DNA of 52,540 nt from a virus (taxonomy: Duplodnaviria > Caudoviricetes): IMG/VR virus record IMGVR_UViG_3300025703_000007, positions 1 through 52,540 of that record. One strand, given 5' to 3'. Under the pieces are notes generated by a model. That model did no database searches. It had not been told where the DNA came from and saw only the letters and a program-made list of their open reading frames with translations. The first letter of the stretch is position 1. Every line of letters starts with the position of its first letter. Shown here piece after piece: positions 17,691 to 26,318 of the stretch. Made by a program: the position numbers and the translations under genes.

Positions 17691-19909
17691 GTTTTTGACC
17701 AAACACGCAAGACACACCCGTTTTTACGTACAAGTTTGTGCTCGTACCCAAAACCACGCAAAATTGTGCAAATTCGATTAGAAACGGCCCGGTTCATCTC
17801 TTTTCCGATCAAACCGACCGCTCCGGCGAGCACATCGCTAGTCGAAAACAGTGTTTCGCCGTTTAAAACAGCCCCCGGAATCAGCTCGTTTGGTGCCTCT
17901 AACCATGCGTTAACGCGCTCATCCCAAGCATCGTTCATGGCGTAGGCGCCGTGCTCTGCGTTGGCTAGCTTTTCAGCCTCACGCCACGCGACGCCGCCCG
18001 CATGGATACTCGGTAACTTACCCTCGAAAAGTATCTTGCCTTCGGCCCAGAGCTGGCAGCAATCGCGCGTGATGGCTTCCACATCCGCGGCTTCGACGTG
18101 GAGCGGGAGCCAACGCCTGTTGCCAGTATCATCAGCCAGTATCTCGGTGCGGTTTGTGGTGCCGATGAATATCAAACGCCGTTTGAAGGTCGAGGGAAAC
18201 TCTTTGTATTTAGGCACCCACTTCTCGGTTTTACGCGCCACGAACTTCTTAATACCCTCAAGATCCCGTGTGTGGAGACCTGAGAGCTCTGCGATTTCCG
18301 CGATGAGCGCGCCGCGGAGCTTGCGCACCGTGTCATCCTCTTTTTCAGCGAGATCGATCTCGACAAAGAATTCCGGATCCGGCGACATCGCTTCGATTGC
18401 TGACGACTTCTTGATGCCTTGGGCCCCCTCGAAAATCGGCACCATGTCAGCCTTCACCCCCGGCTGCACCACGCGGCCGGCAAGCGCTGTCCAGGTGTAG
18501 AGCGAAACTGCACGCGTGTAGGGGGTGTCTTTGCAGCCAAGGTAGCTCTGCAAGAAACTCTCAACCCGTGGCACACCGTCCCAAACCAAGCTGCTGAGCC
18601 AAAGCTGCGCGCTGTCATATTTGTTTTGCGTCGCAACGAGCACCACGGCGTCGCGCACGAGATCCTTCGGTGCCGTTTTGAACCGCATGCGCTCGAGCGC
18701 GATACGCAGCTGCACGACGTCGGCATCCGTCATCGGGCGCCACTCATTGGTGTTAGGCCGAGCTACGGTGATCTCGTCACGGAATTCATCATGGCCGATC
18801 CGCAAGCCACAGAGATCTGGTCTGCCGACAGCCTTCACTGCGTTATCGACAGTGGCCAGGATCACACCAGATCGCTCGCGCACGAACGGCGGCAGCTCAG
18901 GAGGATCGCCCGCTTTTGGCGGCGCTGTGAGGTCGCTGAATGCGTTGGCGTCGATAGCAAGGCCATTGGAGCGTGCCTCCGCGACGGTGCGCAGCCAACG
19001 TGCTGTCGTGACCGCGCGGCCGGATTCTTTGCCGAAACCGAACCATTTGCTTTCGAGCAATTCACGGCCGGCGTACTTCAACCCACGTGCGCTGTACTCG
19101 TCCCACAGATCGAGGCCACGCCGATCGCCTTCGCATTCATGGTGCAGTGCCATGCCGGCGCCCATCCAAGAGCCCTCACTTATGCTCTTGGACATATAAG
19201 GGGCGTCAGGATCATGCCAATTCAATAGTTGGCGTAGGTCATCGTCGGTCAAGCCTTCCGGTTCGATGTCGCTGCGCACGTGGTCGTGCACTACGATGTC
19301 GTTTGAGCCGAAACGGGCGGCAAACAGCTCAGTGATGGCGCCGTTAACGTGGCTGAGCGTGTCCCAGCCGATAAGCTCAGCAGCCGGCGTCGGGCGCCCG
19401 GTCATCGTCAGGAAACCCTTGGAGCAGAAAACTTCGAAGCCCCACTGCTCTGCGCCAGCCCGCGACTTTTTGTCAGGCAGCACGCCCGTGAGAAACGCGT
19501 GGACACCTGCGCCCCTGGGTGAGTACTCGCTGTAGGTGTCCTCGGTAGCGGCCATCACCGCAGGATTGACGTTGCCCTCAGGATCTACGCAGGCATCGAA
19601 GTCGAGGCCCACGATGCCCCACTCAGGCGAGAGCGCCAGTCCTAAGCCTTGGTAACTGGGGTCGTCTCGCAGCGCGGCTTCGGCTTCATTGAACGTGGCC
19701 CAGTGTTGTCGATCCTCTGGTGAGCCCTGCACACCGCGGCGGCGCCGGCCGTTGGTGTAGTACGGCACCTTGCGAGGTTTGGGTTCGTCGGTGTGCTGTT
19801 CGAGCTTCCACAGTAACCATCCCTTGAGTGCCCGCAACTCAGCGGGGATCAAAGGCACTTCTCCAACGAGGAGTGCATAGCGGATAGGATTTTCAAGAGA
19901 CGGCCCCAA
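17687..19909 (-). CDS. Primase-helicase (AEP-type primase + PriCT-2 + VirE/VapE P-loop)
   Basis: WLLWK..RKVPY, GLDFD, EYSPRGAGVH, WMGAGMALHH, Walker A GAQGIKKS, IFIGTTN, DTGNRRW. Confidence 0.88.
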   Translation of the reverse strand: MGPSLENPIRYALLVGEVPLIPAELRALKGWLLWKLEQHTDEPKPRKVPYYTNGRRRRGVQGSPEDRQHWATFNEAEAALRDDPSYQGLGLALSPEWGIVGLDFDACVDPEGNVNPAVMAATEDTYSEYSPRGAGVHAFLTGVLPDKKSRAGAEQWGFEVFCSKGFLTMTGRPTPAAELIGWDTLSHVNGAITELFAARFGSNDIVVHDHVRSDIEPEGLTDDDLRQLLNWHDPDAPYMSKSISEGSWMGAGMALHHECEGDRRGLDLWDEYSARGLKYAGRELLESKWFGFGKESGRAVTTARWLRTVAEARSNGLAIDANAFSDLTAPPKAGDPPELPPFVRERSGVILATVDNAVKAVGRPDLCGLRIGHDEFRDEITVARPNTNEWRPMTDADVVQLRIALERMRFKTAPKDLVRDAVVLVATQNKYDSAQLWLSSLVWDGVPRVESFLQSYLGCKDTPYTRAVSLYTWTALAGRVVQPGVKADMVPIFEGAQGIKKSSAIEAMSPDPEFFVEIDLAEKEDDTVRKLRGALIAEIAELSGLHTRDLEGIKKFVARKTEKWVPKYKEFPSTFKRRLIFIGTTNRTEILADDTGNRRWLPLHVEAADVEAITRDCCQLWAEGKILFEGKLPSIHAGGVAWREAEKLANAEHGAYAMNDAWDERVNAWLEAPNELIPGAVLNGETLFSTSDVLAGAVGLIGKEMNRAVSNRICTILRGFGYEHKLVRKNGCVLRVWSKT

Positions 19910-19983
19910 GTCTTTCGTTGAGCGCCGCTCTTACGCTGACCGCGGCTTTAGCGGATCAGTAGGATAGCTCCTACGCCGCACTT

Positions 19984-19997
19984 GTATCAAGCGGTAA
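19984..19997. promoter_or_regulatory. Operator site 2, GTATCAAGCGGTAA
   Basis: Degenerate copy upstream of primase. Confidence 0.45.
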
Positions 19998-20006
19998 ACC
20001 CGCGAC

Positions 20007-20288
20007 TTAAACCACGGGCTGATCGACCCAGATGTAGAGCACTTCGCCAGTGCAAAGGTCGGGGGAACTGATCGAAAGCGTGCCGTAATCCACACCCTCA
20101 ACGCTCAGCACCCCTGATGCGGGGATGCCGCGCTCACGCAAACGAGCCAGCAGCGCGATGCCGCGGTGCACCGGCTGGTTAGACAGTTTTGTTGGGTCTA
20201 GCGTGAGTGATATGACTGCAGGCTGCGTTAAAAGACGACCCGTGGCTGTGTCGCCAGCGCCGAGCATGTAAGGCGTGATCTCCTCCAT
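20007..20288 (-). CDS. Hypothetical protein
   Basis: 93 aa from MEEITP, TGATG-coupled; LRERGIPASG motif. Confidence 0.55.
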   Translation of the reverse strand: MEEITPYMLGAGDTATGRLLTQPAVISLTLDPTKLSNQPVHRGIALLARLRERGIPASGVLSVEGVDYGTLSISSPDLCTGEVLYIWVDQPVV

Positions 20289-20512
20289 CAGTGCACGCCC
20301 TTGGCAGCTTCTAGGTTCGTGATCGCAGGCACTGTCATCACGAACGCAAGTGTCAGCTGGCACCCGTCATCGCTCTGCGTCACACTCATGGTGTCAACCT
20401 TCACGCGTGTCGATTTCTCGAGACTGAGCTGCACGAAGTTGACGAATTCCTCGACCAACTGCATAAGCTCGTTTTTCGGTAAGACGACTTGCAATAAGTG
20501 CTCAGGCAGCAT
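20288..20512 (-). CDS. Hypothetical protein
   Basis: 74 aa from MLPEHL. Confidence 0.55.
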   Translation of the reverse strand: MLPEHLLQVVLPKNELMQLVEEFVNFVQLSLEKSTRVKVDTMSVTQSDDGCQLTLAFVMTVPAITNLEAAKGVH

Positions 20513-20696
20513 CAGGTGCTTTCTTTCGGGCACCTGTGGTGATGTGAAACGTAGCACCAGTTACCCCGTCGTATTCGTGAAGGCTCAACACTTCTATACG
20601 CCCGTGCGCCGCTGGTTGATCGCGGTTGAGATGCACTTCAAGGATTTGGCACAAAGCCGCTTTACACAACGTGATCTCATTTGTTTCAGGCAGCAT
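20502..20696 (-). CDS. Hypothetical protein flanked by 13-bp direct repeats
   Basis: 64 aa from MLPETN; GGAG RBS. Confidence 0.55.
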   Translation of the reverse strand: MLPETNEITLCKAALCQILEVHLNRDQPAAHGRIEVLSLHEYDGVTGATFHITTGARKKAPDAA

Positions 20697-20986
20697 CAAA
20701 GCACTTCTCCCTTGGTGCAGCGCCTCGCGTACTCGCAACGCCTGCAGGTTTCGTTAAGCCCCATGCGCGAGAGGGGCGGCGTGAGCTTCATCGTCTCGCT
20801 TGCCTTCTCGATCTTGATGGCGAGTCCCGAGCTGATGCCGCGCCGGCCTTCAGCAACGTGACGCATTGAGCCACGAGATTTCTCCACGAGCGTGGAGAAG
20901 CGTTCTTGTTGTTCTCGAGTGAGCTTTTCCCATAGGGTGAGCAGTTTTTTGTTGAGATAGGGGGTTTTGGAGTTGATCACTTTCAT
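20696..20986 (-). CDS. Cro/YdaS-like HTH transcriptional regulator
   Basis: QERFSTLVEKSRGSMRHVAEGRRGISSGLAIKIEKAS; C-terminal CxxC; first gene at a divergent promoter. Confidence 0.7.
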   Translation of the reverse strand: MKVINSKTPYLNKKLLTLWEKLTREQQERFSTLVEKSRGSMRHVAEGRRGISSGLAIKIEKASETMKLTPPLSRMGLNETCRRCEYARRCTKGEVL

Positions 20987-20993
20987 GCGGCTT

Positions 20994-21022
20994 ACTTTAG
21001 CACTTGATACAACTCTGGTCTA
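20994..21022 (-). promoter_or_regulatory. Leftward promoter with operator site 3 (20997-21010), probably leaderless
   Basis: TAGACC-17bp-TAAAGT with extended TG, 7 nt before ATG; operator GTATCAAGTGCTAA in the spacer. Confidence 0.55.
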
Positions 21023-21103
21023 GGTCTACACTCTTTTTTCGTCGATCATCTGGCGATTCGAGGCACGTAGAACACGAGTCTCTTTTTTCTGCAAAAAAAT
21101 CAC

Positions 21104-21133
21104 TTGACAGACTTTTGTATCACGTGATACCTT
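21104..21133 (+). promoter_or_regulatory. Rightward early promoter with operator site 4 (21117-21130)
   Basis: TTGACA-18bp-TACCTT with extended TG; perfect palindrome GTATCACGTGATAC. Confidence 0.7.
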
Positions 21134-21172
21134 ACAGCTCACAAACCCAGCAAGACAACCAGGAAAAAACAA

Positions 21173-21580
21173 ATGAGCAGCGTCTCAGTCACGATCACAT
21201 TCGGCTCAACCGAAGAGGCCATCACAGCCCTGGCAAAGCTTCGCCACCCTGATGGGCTACCTATCATATTGACGCCCAAAGACCCAAAGCTTGTCGAGTT
21301 AGCGGCCACGAAGGAAAAGCCCAAAGCTGCGGCTACCAAGCCTACTGCAGCACCAGCCGCTGCGCCCGAACCGAGCGCACCAGTTAATGCGGTTGATATC
21401 AGTGCTGTCAACGAAGCGATCGGCGCTGCACTTAAAGCAAACAAACGTGCTGAGGCAGTTTCTGCTTTGGCTGTTTATAAAGCTAAGACGGCGAAAGACT
21501 TGAAACCTGAAGATTACGCAGATTTCTTGAAAGAACTTGAGACGCAACTCAACCCACCGGCGGGTGATGACCTGACTTGA
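21173..21580 (+). CDS. Hypothetical replication-region protein
   Basis: Ala/Pro linker, C-terminal AKDLKPEDYADF helix; ends GDDLT. Confidence 0.7.
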   Translation: MSSVSVTITFGSTEEAITALAKLRHPDGLPIILTPKDPKLVELAATKEKPKAAATKPTAAPAAAPEPSAPVNAVDISAVNEAIGAALKANKRAEAVSALAVYKAKTAKDLKPEDYADFLKELETQLNPPAGDDLT

Positions 21581-21599
21581 GAGATGCAGCCCTTACGGG

Positions 21600-21686
21600 C
21601 TGTTTGATGAGGGGGCAGTGCTATAGACACCGTGGGATGCCGGCTACTCCCAAACTGGTAGTAATGCCTGCCCTCTCTTCAAACAG
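21600..21686 (+). ncRNA. Structured cloverleaf-like RNA candidate
   Basis: 19-bp closing stem CTGTTTGATGAGGGGGCAG/CTGCCCTCTCTTCAAACAG enclosing three small hairpins. Confidence 0.5.
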
Positions 21687-21700
21687 TCAAGGAGCACACG

Positions 21701-22465
21701 ATGACCACACTCATTGCTTATCACAACGACCCTGCAGTCAAAGCGAAGTACACAGCACGTTTTGCTGCGCATCGCGCTGCCGATGAAGTCATTCAAGGGC
21801 AGGGTTTCGAAAATGGCCGCGGATGTTTCGTGGGTTGCACCCTCGATGACTACAAGCACGCGCGTTTTCCGATCGAACTTGGGTGGCCTGAGTGGCTCGC
21901 CTTTCTTGCTGATCGGATCTTCGAAGGTTTACCGAAAAGTGAAGCACCCCAGTTCGGTACTGATTTGTTGGAAGCTGTTTCACCTGGCGTTGATCTCGAA
22001 CCAGTTAAGAACCGATTTCTAGTCACGATTCAACGCCGCAATCTCACACGTTTGGAAGGTAATAACGAACCTTACGCTATCCAGTGCCGCACCACTATTC
22101 AAAGCGTTATTGACTGGCTTCTTTCAAGCGACGAGTCGGCAACGGAGTCGGCGCGGTCGGCGCGGTCGGCAACGTGGTCGGTAGCGTGGTTAGCAACGGA
22201 GTCGGCAACGCGGTCGGCAGCGCGGTCGGCGCGGTCGGCGTGGTTAGCAACGGAGTCGGCAGCGGAGTCGGCAACGTGGTCGGCAGCGGAGTCGGCGCGG
22301 TCGGCAGCGGAGTTGGCGCGGTCGGCAACGCGGTCGGCAGCGGAGTCGGCGCAGTCGGCAGCGGAGTCGGCGCAGTCGGCAGCGGAGTCGGCGCAGTCGG
22401 CAGCGCAAAGAACTGAATCTCAACTACAACGCGATTCGTTGCTTTCAATTATTCGAGCACTTTGA
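21701..22465 (+). CDS. Hypothetical protein with SAAESA(R/W/Q) repeat tract
   Basis: N-terminal [10 protein letters not shown]...[15 protein letters not shown] domain; AGGAG RBS. Confidence 0.75.
   Translation: MTTLIAYHNDPAVKAKYTARFAAHRAADEVIQGQGFENGRGCFVGCTLDDYKHARFPIELGWPEWLAFLADRIFEGLPKSEAPQFGTDLLEAVSPGVDLEPVKNRFLVTIQRRNLTRLEGNNEPYAIQCRTTIQSVIDWLLSSDESATESARSARSATWSVAWLATESATRSAARSARSAWLATESAAESATWSAAESARSAAELARSATRSAAESAQSAAESAQSAAESAQSAAQRTESQLQRDSLLSIIRAL
22133..22405 (+). repeat. Coding minisatellite of 9/12/21-bp units (TCGGCAGCGGAGTCGGCGCAG)
   Basis: Direct inspection. Confidence 0.9.
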
Positions 22466-22686
22466 TGCCCATCAAAACTACTCACGTGCAAGATCGTTTA
22501 AGTGTCACGACCACGCTGACCGAAATGGTTCAAGCTTTCGAACAGCACCTTAAAGAAAAGTACCCTGATGTAGTGATTGACTTCATCCATGTGGTTAGCC
22601 ATAGCACTTCAGTCATGACAATTGAATGCGGAGACAACGGTCTCGTTGAAACGTTCGCATGCCGGCATCGCGCAAAAGGTAACTGA
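22462..22686 (+). CDS. Hypothetical protein
   Basis: 74 aa, coupled to neighbours. Confidence 0.45.
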   Translation: MMPIKTTHVQDRLSVTTTLTEMVQAFEQHLKEKYPDVVIDFIHVVSHSTSVMTIECGDNGLVETFACRHRAKGN

Positions 22687-22687
22687 G

Positions 22688-24091
22688 ATGCCCGGCCTTC
22701 ACGCTCGTCTCTCACCTTCTGGCAGCAAACGCTGGCTCAAATGCGCCGGCAGCATCGTGCTCGAAAGCGCGTTTCCGAACACCAGCAACACCTACAGCGA
22801 TGACGGCACCGCGATGCACACGGTTGCAGCGATTTGTCTTGATCAGCTTTGTGAAGCTAGCTACTGGGTAGGCCAGGAAATCACCGTCAGCGATGCAGAT
22901 GAGCCGCTGCGTGAGGTGCTTTTCACCGAAGAAATGGCCGTCATCATGCAGGGCTACATCGACGCAGTGCGAGCACTCGCCGACGGCCACGCGCTTTTCG
23001 TTGAGCAACGCGTGGAATTTACCGAGTTTGTATTCCCCGGCAATGAAGCTGAGGAGATGATTCTCGAGCTCGTGGCACTCGGCAAGACACGCGGAGAGGC
23101 AGAGACGATTGTTCGTCAATTCGGAACTGCTGACGCGATCATTCTGCGTGGCGACGGTGAGATGATGCTTATCGACCTCAAGACGGGTTATCGCTACGTC
23201 GACGTGATACGAAGCAGCCAGCTCATGCTCTACGCACTCGGCGCGTACCGGATGTTTGACCTCACGCACACCATCACAAGTATTCGACTGATGATCTATC
23301 AGCCGCAGCACGGTGGTATGCGCGAGTGGGTTACCACGGTCGAGGACTTGATGGAATTCGCCGCCGAGGCTCGCGAAGCTGCGCAGAAGGTCGAGAGAGC
23401 CACTGCAGTGTTTTCGGCGATCCTGCCTGCTGAAGAAAAAACAGAGTGGGCCGCAATCTATCTGCACCCCCACCCCAACAAAGAGGACTGCTGGAAATGC
23501 CGCGCGATGGCGACATGCCCAGCCTACACCGCGATGGTCGTGGATACGGTTGGTGCGGATTTTGAAGTGATCATCGAGAACCCGGCTGTGCTTGCGCACG
23601 TGAGCAGGGAGGACAGCGCAGCTCTCAGCGCGATGATGAAAGCAACGGGCGCGATCGAGGACTGGATCACCGCGGTGCGCGCTGAGGTTGAACGCCGGCT
23701 ACTTGCCAACGTCGAGGTGCCGGACTTCGGGCTTGAGTTGGGTCGTGAAGGCAACCGCAAGTGGGATGACCCGACCAAGGCCGAGGATTACATGCGCAAG
23801 ACGCTGCGCTTGCCAATGGAGGTCGTCTATGACATGAAACTCATCAGCCCGACGTCGGCCGAGGAGCTGGCGCCAAAACTTAACAAAGACGGCATCGAAA
23901 TACCGCTAAAGCCTAGCGCGCCGGTACCGAAAATGAAGTTGCGGCAATGGGAAAAATTGAAGGTGCTGATCGCCCGCTCGCCGGCAGTCCCTTCAGTCAA
24001 ACCGTTGTCGCAAATCAAAGTCCTCTACAAACCCACGGCGCCCGATGCTGATGCTTTCGAAGTCATTGACGAGAACGCCGACCTAACCTGA
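22688..24091 (+). CDS. DUF2800-type PD-(D/E)xK (Cas4-like) exonuclease
   Basis: HARLSPSGSKRWLKC, GTAMH, FGTADAI, IDLKTG, QLMLYALG, CWKCRA..CP. Confidence 0.85.
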   Translation: MPGLHARLSPSGSKRWLKCAGSIVLESAFPNTSNTYSDDGTAMHTVAAICLDQLCEASYWVGQEITVSDADEPLREVLFTEEMAVIMQGYIDAVRALADGHALFVEQRVEFTEFVFPGNEAEEMILELVALGKTRGEAETIVRQFGTADAIILRGDGEMMLIDLKTGYRYVDVIRSSQLMLYALGAYRMFDLTHTITSIRLMIYQPQHGGMREWVTTVEDLMEFAAEAREAAQKVERATAVFSAILPAEEKTEWAAIYLHPHPNKEDCWKCRAMATCPAYTAMVVDTVGADFEVIIENPAVLAHVSREDSAALSAMMKATGAIEDWITAVRAEVERRLLANVEVPDFGLELGREGNRKWDDPTKAEDYMRKTLRLPMEVVYDMKLISPTSAEELAPKLNKDGIEIPLKPSAPVPKMKLRQWEKLKVLIARSPAVPSVKPLSQIKVLYKPTAPDADAFEVIDENADLT

Positions 24092-24104
24092 ATGAAGGAA
24101 ACGT

Positions 24105-24392
24105 ATGGAAAACGCACCTGTTTACCAAAACATCCTGAAACCGACCTTCGCTGAGCTGAAAGCCAAAGAGAAGCACCTTTGCGGCGCTGTTGACGAGATG
24201 CGGCAAAACTGCGAGATGCTGCTGTCGATCGTTACGATGCACATCCGCGACTTGCGACACGCAGCCGGCAGCACCGACGCTGCAACGCTTGACCTTGCCC
24301 AGCCCGAGCGCTGGCTCGCCATCACGGCCACGCATTTCCAAGAGGGTTTGATGACCCTCAAGCGTTCGCTCACGCAACCCACGAGCTTTTAG
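24105..24392 (+). CDS. acb2: Acb2-like cyclic-oligonucleotide sponge (anti-CBASS)
   Basis: 95 aa; C-terminal AQPERWLAITATHFQEGLMTLKRSLTQPTSF matches the remembered Acb2 pattern RWLAIGKTDIQTGMMA..RAIAQP.SF. Confidence 0.75.
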   Translation: MENAPVYQNILKPTFAELKAKEKHLCGAVDEMRQNCEMLLSIVTMHIRDLRHAAGSTDAATLDLAQPERWLAITATHFQEGLMTLKRSLTQPTSF

Positions 24393-24421
24393 ATTTCTTC
24401 AAACCCCATACAGGAGACCCC

Positions 24422-25033
24422 ATGGGAACAGTTGTGATGCTTACCGGTGTTCGAGGTGCTTTTTTAGAACTCGGTGAGCCGGATTATTATCAGAGTAAAA
24501 AGCAGAACGATAAAGACGAACGTAGGTGGGACGCCGTAGGACTTATCCCGTATAAGTCACCTTTACTTGCCGTTGTTAACAAAGCCATTGAAGAGGTAGC
24601 GCAAAACCGTTGGGAAAAGAAATGGGAAATGGTTTTAGAAAACCTCCGCGGAGATCCGAAAGCATTCTGTTTTCAAGACGGCAAGAAAAAAGATTATGAC
24701 GGCTACCCCGGGCATTGGGCACTGACAGCCCACCGCAAAGAGAGTAAAGGGCGCCCACTCGTGATAGACAGTGACAAATCTCCTATTTACGATCCTTTAA
24801 CCAATCAGGTATATAAAGGCAAAGCCGGGAGAGTCTATAGTGGGTGTTATATTAACCTACAGGTAGAATTATTTGCTTGGGATAATAAAACAAACGGAAG
24901 TAAAGGTATCGGAGCTACTTTACTCGTTATTCAGCGGGTACGTGACGGTGACGCGTTCAGCGGCGGCGTAACACCGAACACAGAAGCTTTCGATGAGATC
25001 ACAGAAGGGGCCGACGCAGACGATTTGACTTAA
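24422..25033 (+). CDS. DUF2815-type single-stranded DNA-binding protein
   Basis: DGKKKDYDGY, RPLVID, VYSGCYINL, GIGATL..IQRVRDGDAFSGG; acidic tail. Confidence 0.85.
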   Translation: MGTVVMLTGVRGAFLELGEPDYYQSKKQNDKDERRWDAVGLIPYKSPLLAVVNKAIEEVAQNRWEKKWEMVLENLRGDPKAFCFQDGKKKDYDGYPGHWALTAHRKESKGRPLVIDSDKSPIYDPLTNQVYKGKAGRVYSGCYINLQVELFAWDNKTNGSKGIGATLLVIQRVRDGDAFSGGVTPNTEAFDEITEGADADDLT

Positions 25034-25040
25034 GAGTTAC

Positions 25041-25120
25041 GGGTGACCGCAAGCGCGGTAAGGTTCGTGTGTTATTCGAGAGGATAAGCCAAATAGCCGG
25101 GGGTTGCGCCCCGGTCACCC
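25041..25120 (+). ncRNA. C4/IsrK-like structured RNA candidate 1
   Basis: GGGTGA/TCACCC closing stem, CCGC/GCGG 5' hairpin, GCCGGGG/CCCCGGT 3' hairpin. Confidence 0.5.
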
Positions 25121-25130
25121 CCCAGTTAAG

Positions 25131-25286
25131 AGAGTTTTGTGATGGCGAATGCGCAGGCTGATGCGCTAAGTCGGGACGGGTACGCGAAAAAGCACAAGTA
25201 GCTGAGACGCGATGAAAGCTGGCGGTCAATCCCGTGGGAAGCCAGTCAATGCCGGAAATCAGTACCGGCCGCCATCACAAAGCTTT
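25131..25286 (+). ncRNA. C4/IsrK-like structured RNA candidate 2
   Basis: 17-bp closing stem; GCGCA-GGCTGA-TGCGC and GCCGG-AAATCAGTA-CCGGC hairpins with complementary loops. Confidence 0.65.
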
Positions 25287-25304
25287 TCAAAAGGTTGAAA
25301 CGAC

Positions 25305-25724
25305 ATGACCAAGATCAAACAAACCACGCGGCAGCGCGCTAATACGATTGAGGCGCTCGAGGTTATGTGGCCTTCGGTGCCACCTGAGAATGTCTGTGAG
25401 GGTTTGAAATGGTGGAGAAAAGGAAAACCCACAAGGAGACCGCCGACTTGCGAGACTGTCGCTTGTTTTGGCGGATGGTGCGCCTGGTGGCCGGCATTTA
25501 AAGCACAAGGGGTCCAGGCGAACGAGTTTGGCGCACCTTGTATTACTAACGCCAGAGATGTCTGCTATCAAGCTAGCGCTGTCTTTATAAAGTTATTTGG
25601 TGATTATGACATATGCGCGCCCGTTGGAAATTTTGAGTGTGAAATGGATTTCAAAGGCACCGACCACGAACTGGTAACCCATCGCCTCAAACGGCTGCTT
25701 GAGAACAGTGAGGTAGTGGAATGA
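25305..25724 (+). CDS. Hypothetical phage protein
   Basis: 139 aa; CETVACFGGW motif. Confidence 0.65.
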   Translation: MTKIKQTTRQRANTIEALEVMWPSVPPENVCEGLKWWRKGKPTRRPPTCETVACFGGWCAWWPAFKAQGVQANEFGAPCITNARDVCYQASAVFIKLFGDYDICAPVGNFECEMDFKGTDHELVTHRLKRLLENSEVVE

Positions 25725-25951
25725 ACCGGTTTAAAGAATTGGCAGACTTTTGCGATGGCTACCGCAACAACCCTGAAGTCAGGGAAATCGAATCAATCCT
25801 CCGCGCTCTAGCTGCGGCAGATGAGGCGCTGCCGAGATGCCACTGTTTTTTTGATCCTGGAATCATGGCCGAAGCAGACGATGGTGACTACGTCAAACGC
25901 GACGACGCATTGAAAGCTGTTGCGCTGGCGAGTAAGCGTGAGGTGGAATGA
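25721..25951 (+). CDS. Hypothetical protein
   Basis: 76 aa; MAEADDGDYVKRDDA motif seen in phage accessory proteins. Confidence 0.6.
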   Translation: MNRFKELADFCDGYRNNPEVREIESILRALAAADEALPRCHCFFDPGIMAEADDGDYVKRDDALKAVALASKREVE

Positions 25952-26121
25952 TGGATGTCAACACTGTAGAGTACTCAGACGTATATGATCCATACGGCCG
26001 AAACCGAATATCTTTATTAGAAGATCAGATCAATGTGTTGTCTGATCATATCGCCGATCTGCAGAGAGAACTAGATTCAGCTATTCGCAGGATAGAAACT
26101 CTTGAAATTCAAAGTGATTAA
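25948..26121 (+). CDS. Small coiled-coil protein flanked by 18-bp repeats
   Basis: Hand-read 57 aa MMDVNTVEY...RISLLEDQINVLSDHIADLQRELDSAIRRIETLEIQSD; GAGG RBS. Confidence 0.6.
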   Translation: MMDVNTVEYSDVYDPYGRNRISLLEDQINVLSDHIADLQRELDSAIRRIETLEIQSD

Positions 26122-26133
26122 GCGTGAGGGGGA

Positions 26134-26316
26134 ATGCTGGACGAACAACAGCTTTCACATTTATATCGGCAATACTGCATGTATGCAGTAAATCCAGCGA
26201 GTTATGAAACTTGGCTAAAAGCTTATTGCAAAGACCACAACTTATATACGCAAGAAGAGATAGACGACGCCAAAGTTCGTGCCAAAGCTTTGCATGCATC
26301 TATCAGGGTTGAATAA
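26134..26316 (+). CDS. Hypothetical protein
   Basis: 60 aa, GAGG RBS. Confidence 0.55.
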   Translation: MLDEQQLSHLYRQYCMYAVNPASYETWLKAYCKDHNLYTQEEIDDAKVRAKALHASIRVE

Positions 26317-26318
26317 TC

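Noticed and set aside
21600-21686. tRNA gene
   Set aside because: No TTC T-loop, canonical acceptor stem or CCA
22065-22075. ACGAACCTTAC as target of RNA candidate 1 (GTAAGGTTCGT)
   Set aside because: An 11-nt match is expected by chance in a genome this size and lies mid-CDS
22133-22405. CRISPR array near the Cas4-like gene
   Set aside because: No unique spacers; units are contiguous codon-multiple repeats within a CDS
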